Part shown: positions 50,753 through 64,000 of the stretch, piece by piece | Position numbering within the stretch: position 1 is the stretch's first letter | How the letters are laid out: each line of letters opens with the position of its first letter | Source: Mizuhopecten yessoensis | Lineage: Eukaryota | Length of the DNA stretch: 64,000 nucleotides | Direction of reading: 5' to 3' | Assembly: GCF_002113885.1 (NCBI RefSeq) | Contig: NW_018480069.1 | Span: forward strand, 34,031 to 98,030 | The notes under the pieces: model-generated | Database searches by the model: none | Seen by the model: the letters and a program-made list of their open reading frames with translations, nothing else | What the model was told of the DNA's origin: nothing | Position numbers and translations under genes: made by a program

Positions 50753-53700
50753 ATGGGATACACCTGGTGCGGCGTGCTGATGCTCCTAACAGCTGTAACG
50801 GCAGAAGTGGCAACATCCGGGTACAAACTGACCGTCGTTTGTCAAAAGGAAAGGCAACTAGTGGAAGCATTGGACCGCTACGTCACTATAACCTTGAGTA
50901 ACCAATCACATGTTGACGAAACTGTACAAAGGTATGTGGTACTACTCTAACGCTTTCAGGAATATATAGGTTTCAATAACTACGTAAATTGGATCTGAGA
51001 TATATATACCTATAACAAGAGTTACGCGTAATTATATGTCTCGCCGTTACCCGTTTTGTGTTTTCACAAACATTTTATGCTGATAGCATTTTCAAATAAA
51101 TTCCGTCAGAGAGGAGAACATCAAAACCATGTGGTAAGCTGCGAATACAGGTTTAACACTGGATTTAATGAGTTAGACCGCATTTTTATCGAAAAAAACA
51201 AAGTGGTACCGGTACATATATTCCGCTTTTATCACATGCATACATGAAACCTGTGATAGATACATTCATAGGTGTAGCTAATATGCACTGGTAAATATGT
51301 GCAATGAAATGTTTCTGAAAGTAAATATGCTTAATTACTGTAAATACTTAAGGTGTGTATAAAAAATATGACAATTACTGAATAAATGATGTCCAATTCT
51401 AAACTTCACCCAAAATCCTAAGTTTTCTTCCCAAGCATTTCAAATCTTTGTTTCTGACCCGCAATACTAATGGAGCCAAGCATTTCAAATCTCTGTTTCT
51501 GACCCGGAATGAGTTCTACACCGCATTACCTACTAAGCTAAAAACAAAAATTTAACATGAGCTGGCCAAAAACACAAAAATCCCCCCAAAAATTGATATG
51601 GTCATTTGAGCAAGAAACCTGTATTATATGTTGAGGTACTGTGTATACTGAAGGTGTGTATACAATTGGAAGCAAATCTGAAAATCATTTAAGAAATTAT
51701 GTCCAATTCTGAAAATCACCAAACAATTTATGTTTTCTGCCCAAAAAATTGTTGTGGTCATCTCAGCAAAAATTCCATATTACATGTTGAATTACTGTGT
51801 ATACTTCAGGTGTGTATGAAATTTCAAGTAAATCTAAAAATTATTAAAGAAGTTATGTCCAATTCTCAAAATCACCCAAAATTCTATGTTTTCTGCAAAA
51901 AAAATGTTAGGGTCATTTGAGCAAAATAAACCCGTATTTAAGCATTGAACTATTTTTGTATGGTATTAATGATCTATTTGAATGACACAGCTTTGCAAGC
52001 AAACAAATCATAATGCGCGCAGTTCAATACTGGTAATTCATATTTAAAATTAAAAATGCCCGCCTTATCGACAGTCCACACAATTATGTTCAATAGTTTG
52101 AACAGCGTATTGTCGCGTGCTGATTGGCAAACAAAGTAGTACTTTGAAATTTTAACAAACACTTCAATTTTATTCCACAATTCAGTATCAATACAATTGC
52201 GTATGATATGTTTATAGGTTGATTTAAGTTTATCAATAGAACTCTGAGCTGAAAGTAAGATTTGAAATTGTTTCGATTTTTCCCCGGAACAAATTTCGCG
52301 CATGAACAAATACAGTGAACACGGTAAATCCGACCTTGCCCTCCACGAGGGAGTTATTTTTGGAAGTTAATTCGAACTTTTCTCTTTGCTCATTTTGTGA
52401 AGAATCCAGGCGTGAATTTATTTGTTGATTGTACTACCTGACAACAGTCGGTAGATTCTATAACAGCCTCGTTATTTGACATGTCGTCATAAACTGAGGA
52501 ACCGTGGATGCGAGACGAGTGAAACTGATAGCGTTTGAAGTGAGTGATCTTGCGACGGAGCACAGGTTCGTTACAAATGTCTGAAATGTTTATGTGTGCT
52601 GTGACTCATATCAGTAGGTCTGTAACATATGTGTCAGTAGGTCTATAGAATATGTGTATTTCAGACATTTGTAACAAACCCCTGTTGATCAGTGCAGTGT
52701 AACAGACGTTATTTATGATAAATTGCATGAGCGTTAAAATTGTTTCCATTGCCGGCATTGGTGATTTCAACCGACGTGCATTTTGTACGATATTGCAGAC
52801 CTTGGTCTTGTTTTCGTTGTAATAAAAGTGTTTTTCATTAAAAAAAATATTTTGCACATAAATTTACAATGACCTTGTCAATTCTCACAATGCCCAGCTA
52901 TATTTCAGCAGCCGTGATGTTTATTTATATTGGATATTGTAGTTCCGGTCAGTGTTGTATTAATACGCTAAGAATTGTGTCTCGTGATACATGGTAATTA
53001 AAATTCCATCAACGACACAGCTTTCAAAGAGGCTATATAGTGACAATGCCATGCAAATGTCAATATTATATGTTGAAGTACTGTATATACTGAAGGTGTG
53101 TAAATAATTGCAAGCAAATCTGACAATTATCAAAGACGTTATGTCCAATTCTCAAAATCACCCAAAATTCTGTTTTCTGCCAAAAAAATTGTTGTGGAAA
53201 TCTCAGCAAAAACACGTAGTATGCATTAGAGTACTGTGTATACTAAAGGTGTGTATGCAATTTGAAGTTAATCTTAAAATTATTAAAGAAGTAATGTCCA
53301 ATTCTCAAAATCACCCAAAATTCTATGTTTTTGGCCCAAAATAGGTAAAAAAATAAGATAAAAAAATGAAACAAAATTACCCCACTTTGACTTCATATTA
53401 TAAAAGGTAGACTCCTTCATGCAAAATTTCAACACCATAATATCCCATTATTAACTGATAAAGAAACCTATAACGTAAACATAACGTTGTGAGAATCGCA
53501 ATGTTTGACGCCTTCGCCGTCGACGTCGACAGAAAAGCAATATAGGATACTTATAAAACTGATAGGTAGTCTTGTTGTAAATAAAAGGTTTCTAAGAGAT
53601 GTCAAGGAGGAGAGATCTAGAATTGACGTCATCGCAGAATGGATTGGTCATCCCATAAATGCATTTCACCTGGTTGAGCGAACAGTTAACGGATGGAGGG

Positions 53701-56700
53701 AGGTCCAACAGAACATCAACTGTATTACCTGTGTATCTACCACAGCAACACAGGGTAGGTATTTCTACAAGAGGCAATCATCAGTCATTCGATAGACTAC
53801 AACTATATGATAATTACGATATTCAATATTGAGGTTGTAATAAATTTAGGAAATTGAACGCAAAAGCCGTTTTAAAAAGGATTCATCAGCACCCTTTTTG
53901 GCAAGTAATAACGCATACATTACGGTGTGATATGGTATAACCTATAGCGAAGCAGGTCAAATATTAATTTACATTGTTGATAGTCTTTTATGTTATTAAT
54001 GTTCAGGATACGGGGGTTGGGTGGGGGATTACATACATACTAAAATATATTAACAGCCCTCCCTTCTACAGCTTTGTAAACGTTGACTGCATTTAAATAG
54101 CGTTTACACAATGAAAAAATGGTCGGCGGATTGATACCTATTTCAAATATGGCACCGTTCTCGCTTCAGCGTTATAACTGTTCGATGACAGCCATTGTTT
54201 GGTTACTATAACATCTGGAAACATATTCGGGATCCATTATGTCTGATTTTTCAACAAAGGGATGCTGCCAAACTTTTAATTCCATTCAAAATTCTTTGAC
54301 GGTAAAGTAAAAAAGGCGGCTTCTTTTTGCGACGTTTTACCGCGTCACTGCCACAGAAGTGTGTCAATGCGTGTATATAACGACCGTAATAAATGAATAA
54401 AAATGTTCGAAGTGCTGTTTATATTACTAGATTAACCATTTAAAAGCGACGAAGGAGAAGAAAATTAGTGTTGTTCACTGCGTATATTCTATATTTACCC
54501 ATATATTGATGTAGATTCACTGGAACTATAGTATCCTAGCAACCACGGCTACCGTAGTTACCATCGTAGCGACCCGCTTCGACTTGTTTTTCCTTTGTAT
54601 ACCATTTGAATATTATTTATGATGTAAATATAAGTATTTTTATTTAACTTAATAAATAACCTTAAAAAGCCGTACACATACATTGCTATACATATAGTGT
54701 CTTGTTTTAATATGGCATTCCTATTTGAAAGGAACTACAGGCATGAGGAATGTTTTGTGATAGAGAACGTTCGAGTTGTCTTTGGGTATTTTTTCTCACA
54801 CGCACACATTTGACGTCATTGTAAATATAAGGCAGTGCACTGCATCTGCATATCACAGCACAATCGACTGTTCATTGCTTTTGTGTATATAACTAAACAC
54901 ATACATAAAAAATAGATATGGTATTCCCGCTAAAAAGATATTGAACTTTAGGGTTTGCCCAGTCAGTACTGATTACTCTAATGTAAACAACGAACCATGC
55001 ACCATGATGGCGAGCTATTTTTTTTAAATGTTACAGTATGTTTGTTTTATTTTTCATTTTACATCGCTAAATTTGCTTTCATGAATTGGAAATTGTCAGT
55101 ATTTGCAATTGTTTCAGAATTCCACACGGCCTGGAAAGGTATTATAGAAGAAGATGGTATATGGTCCAGCAGTGATGACGTCATTACTGCTGCAAAGGGT
55201 CTGGGAAGGCTTTATGCAACGTATGACTTGGATATAAAAAAAATGATATCTGGAACGATATTAAACACAAGCACATCACCATTGACAACGCCAGATGTAA
55301 TCAAGATAGCAAACTATTTGGAGATAAAGGATCAGATTAAATGGTATGAAGCATTCCTCGAGCTGCTAGGTGACGTCACCAAGAATGAGTCTATATTATA
55401 CAAGCTGGCTATTGCTTATCACTTGGTAAGTTAAACGTGGTTACGGAATTTAGCGGAACTGTGAATAAATATCGATATTACAGAAATTGCATATATACAT
55501 AAATGTATTCTGCAGTACATTCGTTTAGGGAGTGAACAGTAGGTTTGTGATTTTCCTACAAGTTTTAATGCAAACAATTATCAAACAATATTTGACATAC
55601 TGAATATTAATGGGGTTTTTCTTCAAAAAGATATGACATTTTCAAAATTACCAAAAAGTCATCCTGATTTCGGCCTTATTCCTTTTTCAGTTTAATATCA
55701 CATCATTTTTACCATCACGAAAGTCTAAAAACATAAAAATAACATGTGAAGTGTCACTTACCATGACCTCACAAGAGAAATAAGATGACGTCATAAATCC
55801 TTAGTAGTTGCAACACTGAAGGTTTTCTTTAAAAAAGTAAACTGTGTTAGTGTAATAGCAAATTGTGCAGTTTAACGTTTTGAGTATTAGATAAAATGGA
55901 CCTCAATATTTTTCCAATAAGATCTGATTTTTATATAATTTGCTGAAATATGTTTCGCATATATCATATGCAATGCGAATCAGTTGAGAGCCTCTATACA
56001 TATATAAGAAAATAGGCAAATGCATTGAAATGGATGAGATATTGATTACATCCCTCAGTGATAATAATGTGGCAGAAAGTAAAACACCTAAATGATTGTA
56101 TGAGATCAATAGGGTTATTCATTTAAATGTAGTTTATTTTTTTTACAATCACGACCACTTTGTCCACACAGGGAGGTATGTCGAGTAAAGCGTTGGGTAT
56201 TCTTACAGAATTACAGGCAACAAGTAAGTGATCTTATGAAGTGTTTTACACAAGTATTAGCATCCACCCTTTCTCTAAGCAGTATTGGGTGTAATGTTTG
56301 GTAGCCAAACGTGGTGTAAAGATACCAATACCATATTCTAAACGAGTTTCTCCTCCTTCTAAATCTATGCAGCTTAATATTCACTACGCAAGAAAAATAT
56401 TTCAAGTTCCAGTTTTGCAGTTACCTTCTTATCTAATTTGTGTACGTCTAGATAAATTAAGAAAAGGCTTGATTAATACATATTGTATATCTTATAAGAA
56501 ATAGAATAGAAATACCATAACTAAATAGTACAGCAACCAGATTAAAAGTGGCAAGCAGCACGAGACTCCATTATTACATTTAGGAAGCATTACGTCAAAC
56601 CATTGAACTCTGTGTAACAAAGGTACCCGGTCGATGGATACAATGATTAAGAACATCAGGAAGAAGGCCGAAATGATTGAAGAGGATATACCGCAAAAGA

Positions 56701-59700
56701 AGATAGAAACAGTTGATGACATACACAACTCTTATCAGCAGCTTTGTCAGGGAAACATACAGGTACGTGAATACACAACTCCTACCGGCTGTTGTGTCAG
56801 AGAAACATACAGATACTGACATACACAACGCCTACCGGCTGTTGTGTCAGAGAAACATACAAGTACGTGTATACACAACTCCTACCGGCTGTTGTGTCAG
56901 AGAAACATACAGGTACGTGTATACACAGCTCCTACCGGCTGTTGTGTCAGAGAAACATACAGGTACTGACATACACAACGTCTAGCGGCAGTTGTGTCAG
57001 AGAAACATACAGGTACGTGTATACACAGCTCCTACCGGCAGTTGTGTCAGAGAAACATACAGGTCCGTATTTATTTTACTGGTGACTCCGTAGATGTGTG
57101 GTTTACAAACTGGGTGTTACATAAATAGTCGTCACTAATTGATGAATCACTTCGGCATCAATTAACGGGTCAATGAACCATGCTAATGTCGTTTGTACCT
57201 GTAAGGTCAGTCTTCCATAAGAGTCACAGTGCATATGTGCTTCAATTAAAGAACTTGAAGGTCGTTTGCAACAAACACAATTGTTTTTGAATGCTTTAAA
57301 ATAAATCGCTTAAGATTATGAGAAGGTTAAATCAATAGATAAATGTAATGTACTGGGAGCATTTATCATTTAGCCAGAGTTGTGGACTTCTCGGTAGAAG
57401 ATTGTAAGCTATTCAACAACTTGGCCGATACCCTCCCATAGCACCGATTTCGGTAACTAACAGTGCGAGATTTTGGGACACACGACAAGGATTCTGTCTC
57501 CTACCGCAGTGCTCGTGATGGCTGATACATGGTAACAAGCTCCTGTCAATACTGGGGAGCTTTTCCTTCAGCGGCTTATATGTGTATACCAAAGATTTGT
57601 ACTGCGACCTGTATCCTACCGGTAACCAGTGTAAATAACATAGCGCTGGTGTGAGTTGCTCTCTCTTTCATGTACAGCTATGTAAGGTAAATATATATAA
57701 ATAATTAGATACACAACGCCTACATGCAACTGTGTAGTGGAAATATATAGGTACTTACGTGTACAAACGGGTCCTTCTAGGTTTCATCGGGAAAGCTAGG
57801 GGCGAAAAGTTAATCTGAATTGTCTAAACTTCTGTCATGAATTGATAAACTTATAGGAGTGCTGGTTTATTTCAAATTAAATAATATGTACAAGTTAAGT
57901 GTGTATATTGTCCACCATGCCATTACCAAAAAGAGATAACCATGACCATCACTATTAAGCCAATACGTTGCTGTAAACAGTTTGCAACAATATATGGTTT
58001 CTATCATATCCAAATATATCATAGTATTTGCATTATCATTGTGATACTTGTACTTTATGGTAACAGTTAATTAGTTTATGTGATAACATGTCAGATTCTA
58101 GAAACATAGCTCTTCAAAGGCAACGCATGAAGCGCTTAAATTAGTACACTGACGTTTTTTTTAGCTCACCTGGTCCGAAGGACTATATATATATATATAG
58201 TGAGCTTATGCCGTGGCGCAGCGCCTGTCGTCCGTCGTCAACTTTTTCTTTAAAACCTATCTCCTCCTTAACGCCAAAGAGGATTTCAACCAAATTTAGT
58301 CTGAAGTATAACTAGGAGAGGGCAATCATTTCTTAAATAAATGAGGTTGGTTCGACCCCTGGGTCGAGGGGGGCGGGTCTCTGAAGGGGAACGTAGCTAA
58401 TTTTTCTTTAAAACGCATCTCCACCTAAACGCCAGAGAAGATTTCAACCAAATTTGCTCTGAAACTTCATTGGGGGAGAGCAATCATTTCCTAAATAGAT
58501 GAGGCTGGTTCGACACCTGGGGCTAGGAAGACCGGGCCCCAAACAGGAAAATTATCTAATATTTTGCTTTAAGACTCTAATACCCCATAATTGCCTGAGT
58601 GGATTGTACAAAATTTGGTCAAAAACGTTATTGAGGAAGAACAAACATTTCTTAATTGAATGAGGTTGATTTGACCCCTGCGGTCCTATGAAATGGTACA
58701 GCTAGATTATCATATTCTATGGTGTAGTTTTCATAAATTGTTAAAAATTGGTTTCTAGGTTTATAAAAGTAAAAGCTTATAGTTGAATGAAAATTAGGGT
58801 ATTGTCTAATTACAACCTGTAATATGACATATTACTTATTTCAAAATCTGTTAACATGGCAACTCAATGGAGGCCCCTGATTAGTTGAAAGTCAGATAGT
58901 GTGGTCCCAGTTGGGTTAGAACATAGACCTTGTCTGGTTTTGAGGAAATTTCATATACAAATTTACTAATGCATTCAGTTGTACAGTGTAATGACTTAAA
59001 TATAAAACCAGGTGAGCGATACAGGTCCAAAGGACCTCTTGTTATTTGACACAATATTAATATTATATGGGTCGGTTTTCAAATGAGTTACTTTTTCAAC
59101 CTTGTAAATTATTCATGTAAATGATATAAGCAATGCACAAAATCCAATAAAGTGTTGTCTATTCAGACAACACAACCTTATGGTACAATTCAAAGTTATT
59201 TTTCACATGATCTTTATGCTATATTTTCTGATCTAAACACAAACATAACTATATTGTTAAACTCATTTTAAAAACAGGCGGTAAATGTTACACCCGTCCT
59301 CCATTGTTACAACAAGGTGACACGAATTCCCTTCTATACGGTTAAAGAAGAGGTACTGAGCGATGTTCCCAGGATTTCCAGGTTCCACGACGTCATTTCA
59401 GACGCAGATATTTCACAACTGCAGGATATTACCAAGCCAAACGTAGATATGTTGATGCTTCTTTCTTTTTGTCACTGTTATCTAATTATGATCTTAAGAG
59501 TGAGTTGCTTTGCGCATTTGTTTACATTTTACAATACATTGTCCACAATCCTTTTAATTCCTCTACAATTTATATTCTTTATTATTTTACAACAACTATG
59601 AAACAAGTTTTCACAACTTATATTAATCATTCTTGTTGGGCGGGATGTTAGAGCGCGGGGGGTCTTAATGTGGGAGTTGACCGGAGTAAAACCCACGTGG

Positions 59701-61414
59701 TCAGTCAGGTGACCCCATACGTTTCCACGTCAGATCGGGGAATTGAATCCCGGCCGCTTGGTGAAAGGCTAGTGCGCTATCCACTGCGCCATCCAACCAC
59801 AAGCTACAAACTTCTTTTGTCGTTCGTTGTTTATGTAAGTCTTCCGATTCATAACAAACAGATATATGGAAGAATTTAAAGGATTCCGATAATCCCGTCT
59901 ATTATAGTGTGCGATCATTATTTTCAAATTACGTTCGATAAATTGAAAATGTTTTCACCATACAAATCTCATACTCATGTGCATCAAAACCTGATAAAGA
60001 ACTGTTTTATTACAAATTTATTAATGATTGTTCCATTTTGGTTTTAGCTTACTCGAGCCAAAGTCTTTACCGATGGCATCGCTACAGCTATTGACAACAG
60101 GATTGGTGAAACGTAAGAACATTTATTGACCGATCAAAATGAATGAAAAACACATCAACCGTAATCATCGATAATTACCCTGAAAAACATGGCGTTACTT
60201 ACCATTACCGGATGTGAACATCGTGACTGTATGTGATTTCAAGTAGTTATGATGTTGTCGTTATGATGTTCTCGTTATGATGTTGCCTATGATGTTGTCT
60301 ATGATGTTGTCTATGATGTTGTCTATGATGTTATCTTTATGATGTTGTCGTAATGATGTTGTCGTTATGATGTTGTCGTTATGATGTTGTCGTTATGATG
60401 TTGTCTATGATGTTGTCGTTATGATGTTTTCTATGATGTTGTCGTTATTATGTTGTCGTAATGATGTTGTCGTTATAATGTTGTCGTTGTGATGTTGTCG
60501 TTATGATGTTGTCGTTATGATGTTCTCGTTATGATGTTGCCTATGATGTTGTCTATGATGTTGTCTATGATGTTGTCTATGATGTTGTCGTAATGATGTT
60601 GCCGTTATGATGTTGTCGTTATGATGTTGTCGTTATGATGTTGTCTATGATGTTGTCGTTATGATGTTTTCTATGATGTTGTCGTTATGATGTTGTCGTT
60701 ATGATGTTGTCGTTATAATGTTGTCGTTGTGATGTTGTCGTTATGATGTTGTCGTTGTGATATTGTCGTTATGATGTTGTCGTTATAATGTTGTCGTTAT
60801 GATGTTGTCGTTATGATGTTGTCGTTTTGTCGTTATGATGTTGTCGTTATGATGTTGTTATGATGTTGTCTATGATGTTGTGTATGATGTTGTCTATGAT
60901 GTTGTCGTTATTATGTTGTTTATGATGTTGTCGTTATGATGTTGTCGTTATGATGTTGCCTATGATGTTGTCGTTATGATGTTGTCGTGTATGATTTTGT
61001 CGTTATGATGTTGTCGTTGTGATGTTGTCATTATGATGTTGTCGTTGTGATGTTGTCGTTATGATGTTGTCGTTATGATGTTGTCGTTTTGTCATTATGA
61101 TGTTGTCGTTATGATGTTGTCTATGATGTTGTCTATGATGTTGTCGTTATGATGTTGTCGTTGCCCGAACTGTTAGATTTACGTACAGTTTAGTTATACA
61201 CCTTAACCAAGGAAGGATACCTAAATAAGCATGCACTTGTATTTATCTATAAAAACACATTTTCGTGTTTTCCTTTCTATTTTCTACATTTGGAAACAGT
61301 GCGTTTGTGTCAAACACAATGGAAATTTGCTTGAAAATGGAAAAGAGGATAGAACTTATAACAGGACTGGATACGATCTTTCGAAAGGAAGTGAAAACAA
61401 CAGAAAAATTCCAG
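50753..61414 (+). CDS. P4HA: Prolyl 4-hydroxylase alpha-subunit-like, copy 3 (5' part, exons 1-8; remaining catalytic exons expected beyond the window)
   Basis: Exons: 50753-50931, 53588-53754, 55118-55425, 56172-56223, 56623-56762, 59278-59442, 60048-60112, 61300-61414. In frame with the same phases as copies 1 and 2. Motifs GHPINAF, GLGRLYATYDLD, YQQLCQG, PRISRFHDVISD, RIELITGLD. The HxD exon was not seen before base 64000. Confidence 0.9.
51340..53345. repeat. ~155-bp satellite-like repeat array split by an ~1-kb unrelated segment (intron 1 of copy 3)
   Basis: ATGTCCAATTCT..AAAATCACCCAAA units at about 51389, 51699, 51855, 53141 and 53294, with intervening GTACTGTGTATACTGAAGGTGTGTA. Confidence 0.75.
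56721..57064 (+). repeat. 50-bp tandem repeat spanning the exon-5 splice donor of copy 3
   Basis: Unit GTACGTGT-ATACACAACTCCTACCGGCTGTTGTGTCAGAGAAACATACAG; six copies follow the exon end at 56762. Confidence 0.95.
58155..59043 (+). mobile_element. Non-autonomous Helentron (HINE/DINE-1-like) element
   Basis: Starts TTTTTAGCTCACCTGG and carries a GTCC/GTC microsatellite and about three internal ~160-bp repeats (GATTTCAACCAAATTT). It ends with the subterminal IR CCAGGTGAGC, a short hairpin AGGTCC-AAA-GGACCT, then CTTGTT. Confidence 0.8.
59652..59797 (-). mobile_element. tRNA-derived SINE with V-domain-like core
   Basis: The minus strand shows an A box (TGGCGCAGTGG) and a B-box-like GGATTCAATTCC, followed by GTGGGTTTT..ACTCCGGT..CTCCCAC. 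A related copy lies at 16631-17065. Confidence 0.75.
60246..61163. repeat. 12/14-bp minisatellite (TATGATGTTGTC / TTATGATGTTGTCG)
   Basis: About 920 bp of mixed 12- and 14-bp units in intron 7 of copy 3. Confidence 0.95.
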
Positions 61415-61659
61415 GTAAGACTTTGGAAATGTTTATAGAATCTTAGCATAACATCACTCATTCGGGTCATGTTTACGGAAGTGACGATGGAAACCATATT
61501 AGAAATTATACAATGTTAGTCTAAGTAAACGTTCCTGTACGTAATATTATAAATAACTTTGTAATAGTTTACCATTGTTTAATTTACCACTAGGACGGTG
61601 CTGTTTTTGGTAGACCTAATATCCGCGGGGCACTACACACATAACAGTCGACTACTGTA

Positions 61660-64000
61660 TTTTTTGTTTGTTTATTCAACTTGAAGCCTCACGGCTCATA
61701 AGAATACACAACAACGTATAATTGATACATCAGTGATATAAAATACCAAATAATTATAACATCGTTAACGAAGCATAATCTTGTACATCGCATATATATA
61801 TAGTACCTATAAATGGACAGCATAATGCTTAAAATTATTATAAAGTACAAGATAAATAAATTATCGGACGATGGACAGCTCTTGTATAATTACCTTACCT
61901 AAGTGTACTGTGACTATCGGAAAACAGATGAGTTGACAACATTTTCTTAGCATAATATCAACCGGGGCTCAATAAAGAATATGTTCATTACAAAAACAAA
62001 AAAACAGGCACACAATTTGTATACAGTGGTGTAGTCAGGGGATGGACAACACAATATGTGTAAACCTGGAGATAAACAAGTACTCGGTGCTATCGATCAG
62101 AGTGAGTGAAAACACAATAACCTTTGGTTGGAATCTAGACCATTCTTACCAACTTAATTGCAGATACTTTCCTAGATTACACAGCTCTTTTCGTTACCTA
62201 CATATAGCAGCTGGACAAGCTTATATGAAGATGGGCGGCTCCAGTAATACTTTTTAATGAACTTCTTACGAATATCAACCGAATATACCATGAGAGATGG
62301 CGTACTGTTTTTTACATTCAGAATTATTTAAAAGAAAATCAACATGCACTTTTTCCACTTCGTCCGCAACATTGAAACCCCATGTTTGGCAACCGTAATT
62401 AAGAATGGAGGAAACATAGACATCAAAAACTTTAAGTTTAGATTCTACGTTGAGGGACAAATTGTTACAAATTCTTAACGCATTATACATACATTTACGA
62501 CCTTGTTCAGCAATAGTAACTTGAGTTTTTGTAAACGTACCATTAAAGCTGAGCAGTACACCAAGGTAGTTAAATCTATCAACAATTTCTATTTCATTGC
62601 CATTAAAGTAAAACAAATCGCCGGCTCGTAATCTTCCGCCATTACGAAATACAACATTTTTTTCCCCCATATTGACTATCAATTGCCGCTTTATTGTTTT
62701 AAGGAGTCTAACATTTTCTGCAAGCCAGAGGAAAATTATGAGAAAAGGACAGTATCATCTGCATACATAAGAAGAAACAGAGAAATATCTCTTAAGAATA
62801 AAGCGTCGCAAGAAGTATTGATAAGTTCATTTTCAAAATCATTCACATACATGGAGTAAAGGAAGGGAGATAACCCCTCCCCTTGCATCAAGCTTCGTGA
62901 GCACGAAAAACATTCAGACAATTCACACTTATATCTAACACAGGATTTTAAACCTTCATATAAAGATTTCAAAATATTTAATAATTTTCCTCTGATTCCA
63001 TTATGAAAAAGTTTCAAAAATAATGTATTTCTATCACACTATCGAAGGCCTTACGATAGTCAACAAAACAGCAGAAAAGCTTACGATTATGAGAAAGTAC
63101 TTTCTTAATTATACCATGTAAAGCAAAAATAGCATCATTGGTTCCAAAACCAGGTTTAAATCCGAATTGGGCATCGGAGACGATGTTGTACTCCTTAGAG
63201 CAATCTAGCAGGCTTTTTTTGAACAAAGGGTTAATGATACCATTGAACCATACTGAAGGAAAATTAAAGACGCCCATAAAAATAACACTAAACAGTTTTG
63301 AGAGAATGGGAACAAATGTCTCCTTATGTTTGACAAAAGATTCATTAAGAGCGTTATCAATTCCAGCAGCTTTACCTAATTTAGCACGTTTTGAAACACT
63401 CATTATACTTCCTTATCTGTTATAGGAGATTCTAATTCGTCATAAACCTGTGAATTGTTGTAGTCTGAAACATTTGGAGTATATCTGTAGCATCATCGCC
63501 ACTAATTACAGCTTTAAAATGTTCGAAAAAGTCTCCAAGATTCAAATGGTTTGTGGGACAGTTCGACTTTTTCTTAAAATATTGAAAAAAAAAGTTTAGG
63601 ATTTTTTCTGCGTAACAAACTTAAACGGTCTCCTTCTGATCTAAAATATTTACGTTCTTACGCTTGGATTCGACAAGAGACAACCTGTTGACAGGGGTTC
63701 TATCGGAATAAAACCAGGGTTTATGGGCACGACATTTTAATTTACTGTCAGATGGTGGAGTAGAAAAAGATTGACAACATGGGCTAAATATTTCATTTAT
63801 AACAGATGTAAAAAGATCAATACCGTGATCTACTGAGCCAACAGAGGACTGCATGTCATTAACAATATTGTGTAATAAATTAATGTTCTCATCTAAATTA
63901 CTATTCATTTGAGCTTCTCCATCAGCGTTCCATTTATATGTATTTAAACAAGAGCATCACCACTTGCATGTACTTCAATTGGACTAAATGTTATATTAAA
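61660..64000 (-). mobile_element. Decayed LINE reverse transcriptase (CR1/L2-like) in intron 8 of copy 3
   Basis: Fragmented minus-strand ORFs carry GKAAGID, QFGFKPG, CFVDYRKAFDSV, QGEGLSPFLY, LMYADDTVL and FNYLGV. A minus-strand AATAAACAAACAAAAAA tail lies near 61660-61677. Confidence 0.9.

Noticed and set aside
56713-57085. ORFs of 90-97 aa over the 50-bp repeat
   Set aside because: They are by-products of the tandem repeat, not independent genes.
59740-59797. tRNA-like A and B boxes
   Set aside because: No complete cloverleaf or acceptor stem; it continues into a SINE body that has a second copy in the window.

Overview
AT-rich, intron-containing animal genomic DNA. The repeat families suggest a marine invertebrate, probably a bivalve mollusc (inference). 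The main content is a head-to-tail array of three divergent prolyl 4-hydroxylase alpha-subunit (P4HA-like) genes on the + strand, reconstructed by hand from GT-AG exons. Copy 1 (13474-26168; 13 exons, 532 aa) and copy 2 (29223-44633; 13 exons, 518 aa) are complete and in frame. Copy 3 (50753->61414) shows 8 exons and is expected to continue past the window end. The two complete copies keep the Fe(II)/2-oxoglutarate ligands (HxD...H...K) but replace the conserved auxiliary His (human His501) with Leu. All three appear to have lost the aromatic residues of the collagen peptide-substrate-binding domain and share an added CxxC. This suggests a lineage-specific hydroxylase family with changed substrates. 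Tandem repeats have multiplied a splice acceptor in copy 2 and a splice donor in copy 3, and copy 1 has GTG where its paralogues have the start ATG. Introns and flanks hold LINE remnants (one with a 2A/StopGo peptide), a Penelope-like RT remnant, hammerhead-like motifs, V-domain-like tRNA SINEs, MITEs, Helentron-type elements and several minisatellites. No rRNA, tRNA gene or CRISPR array was found.
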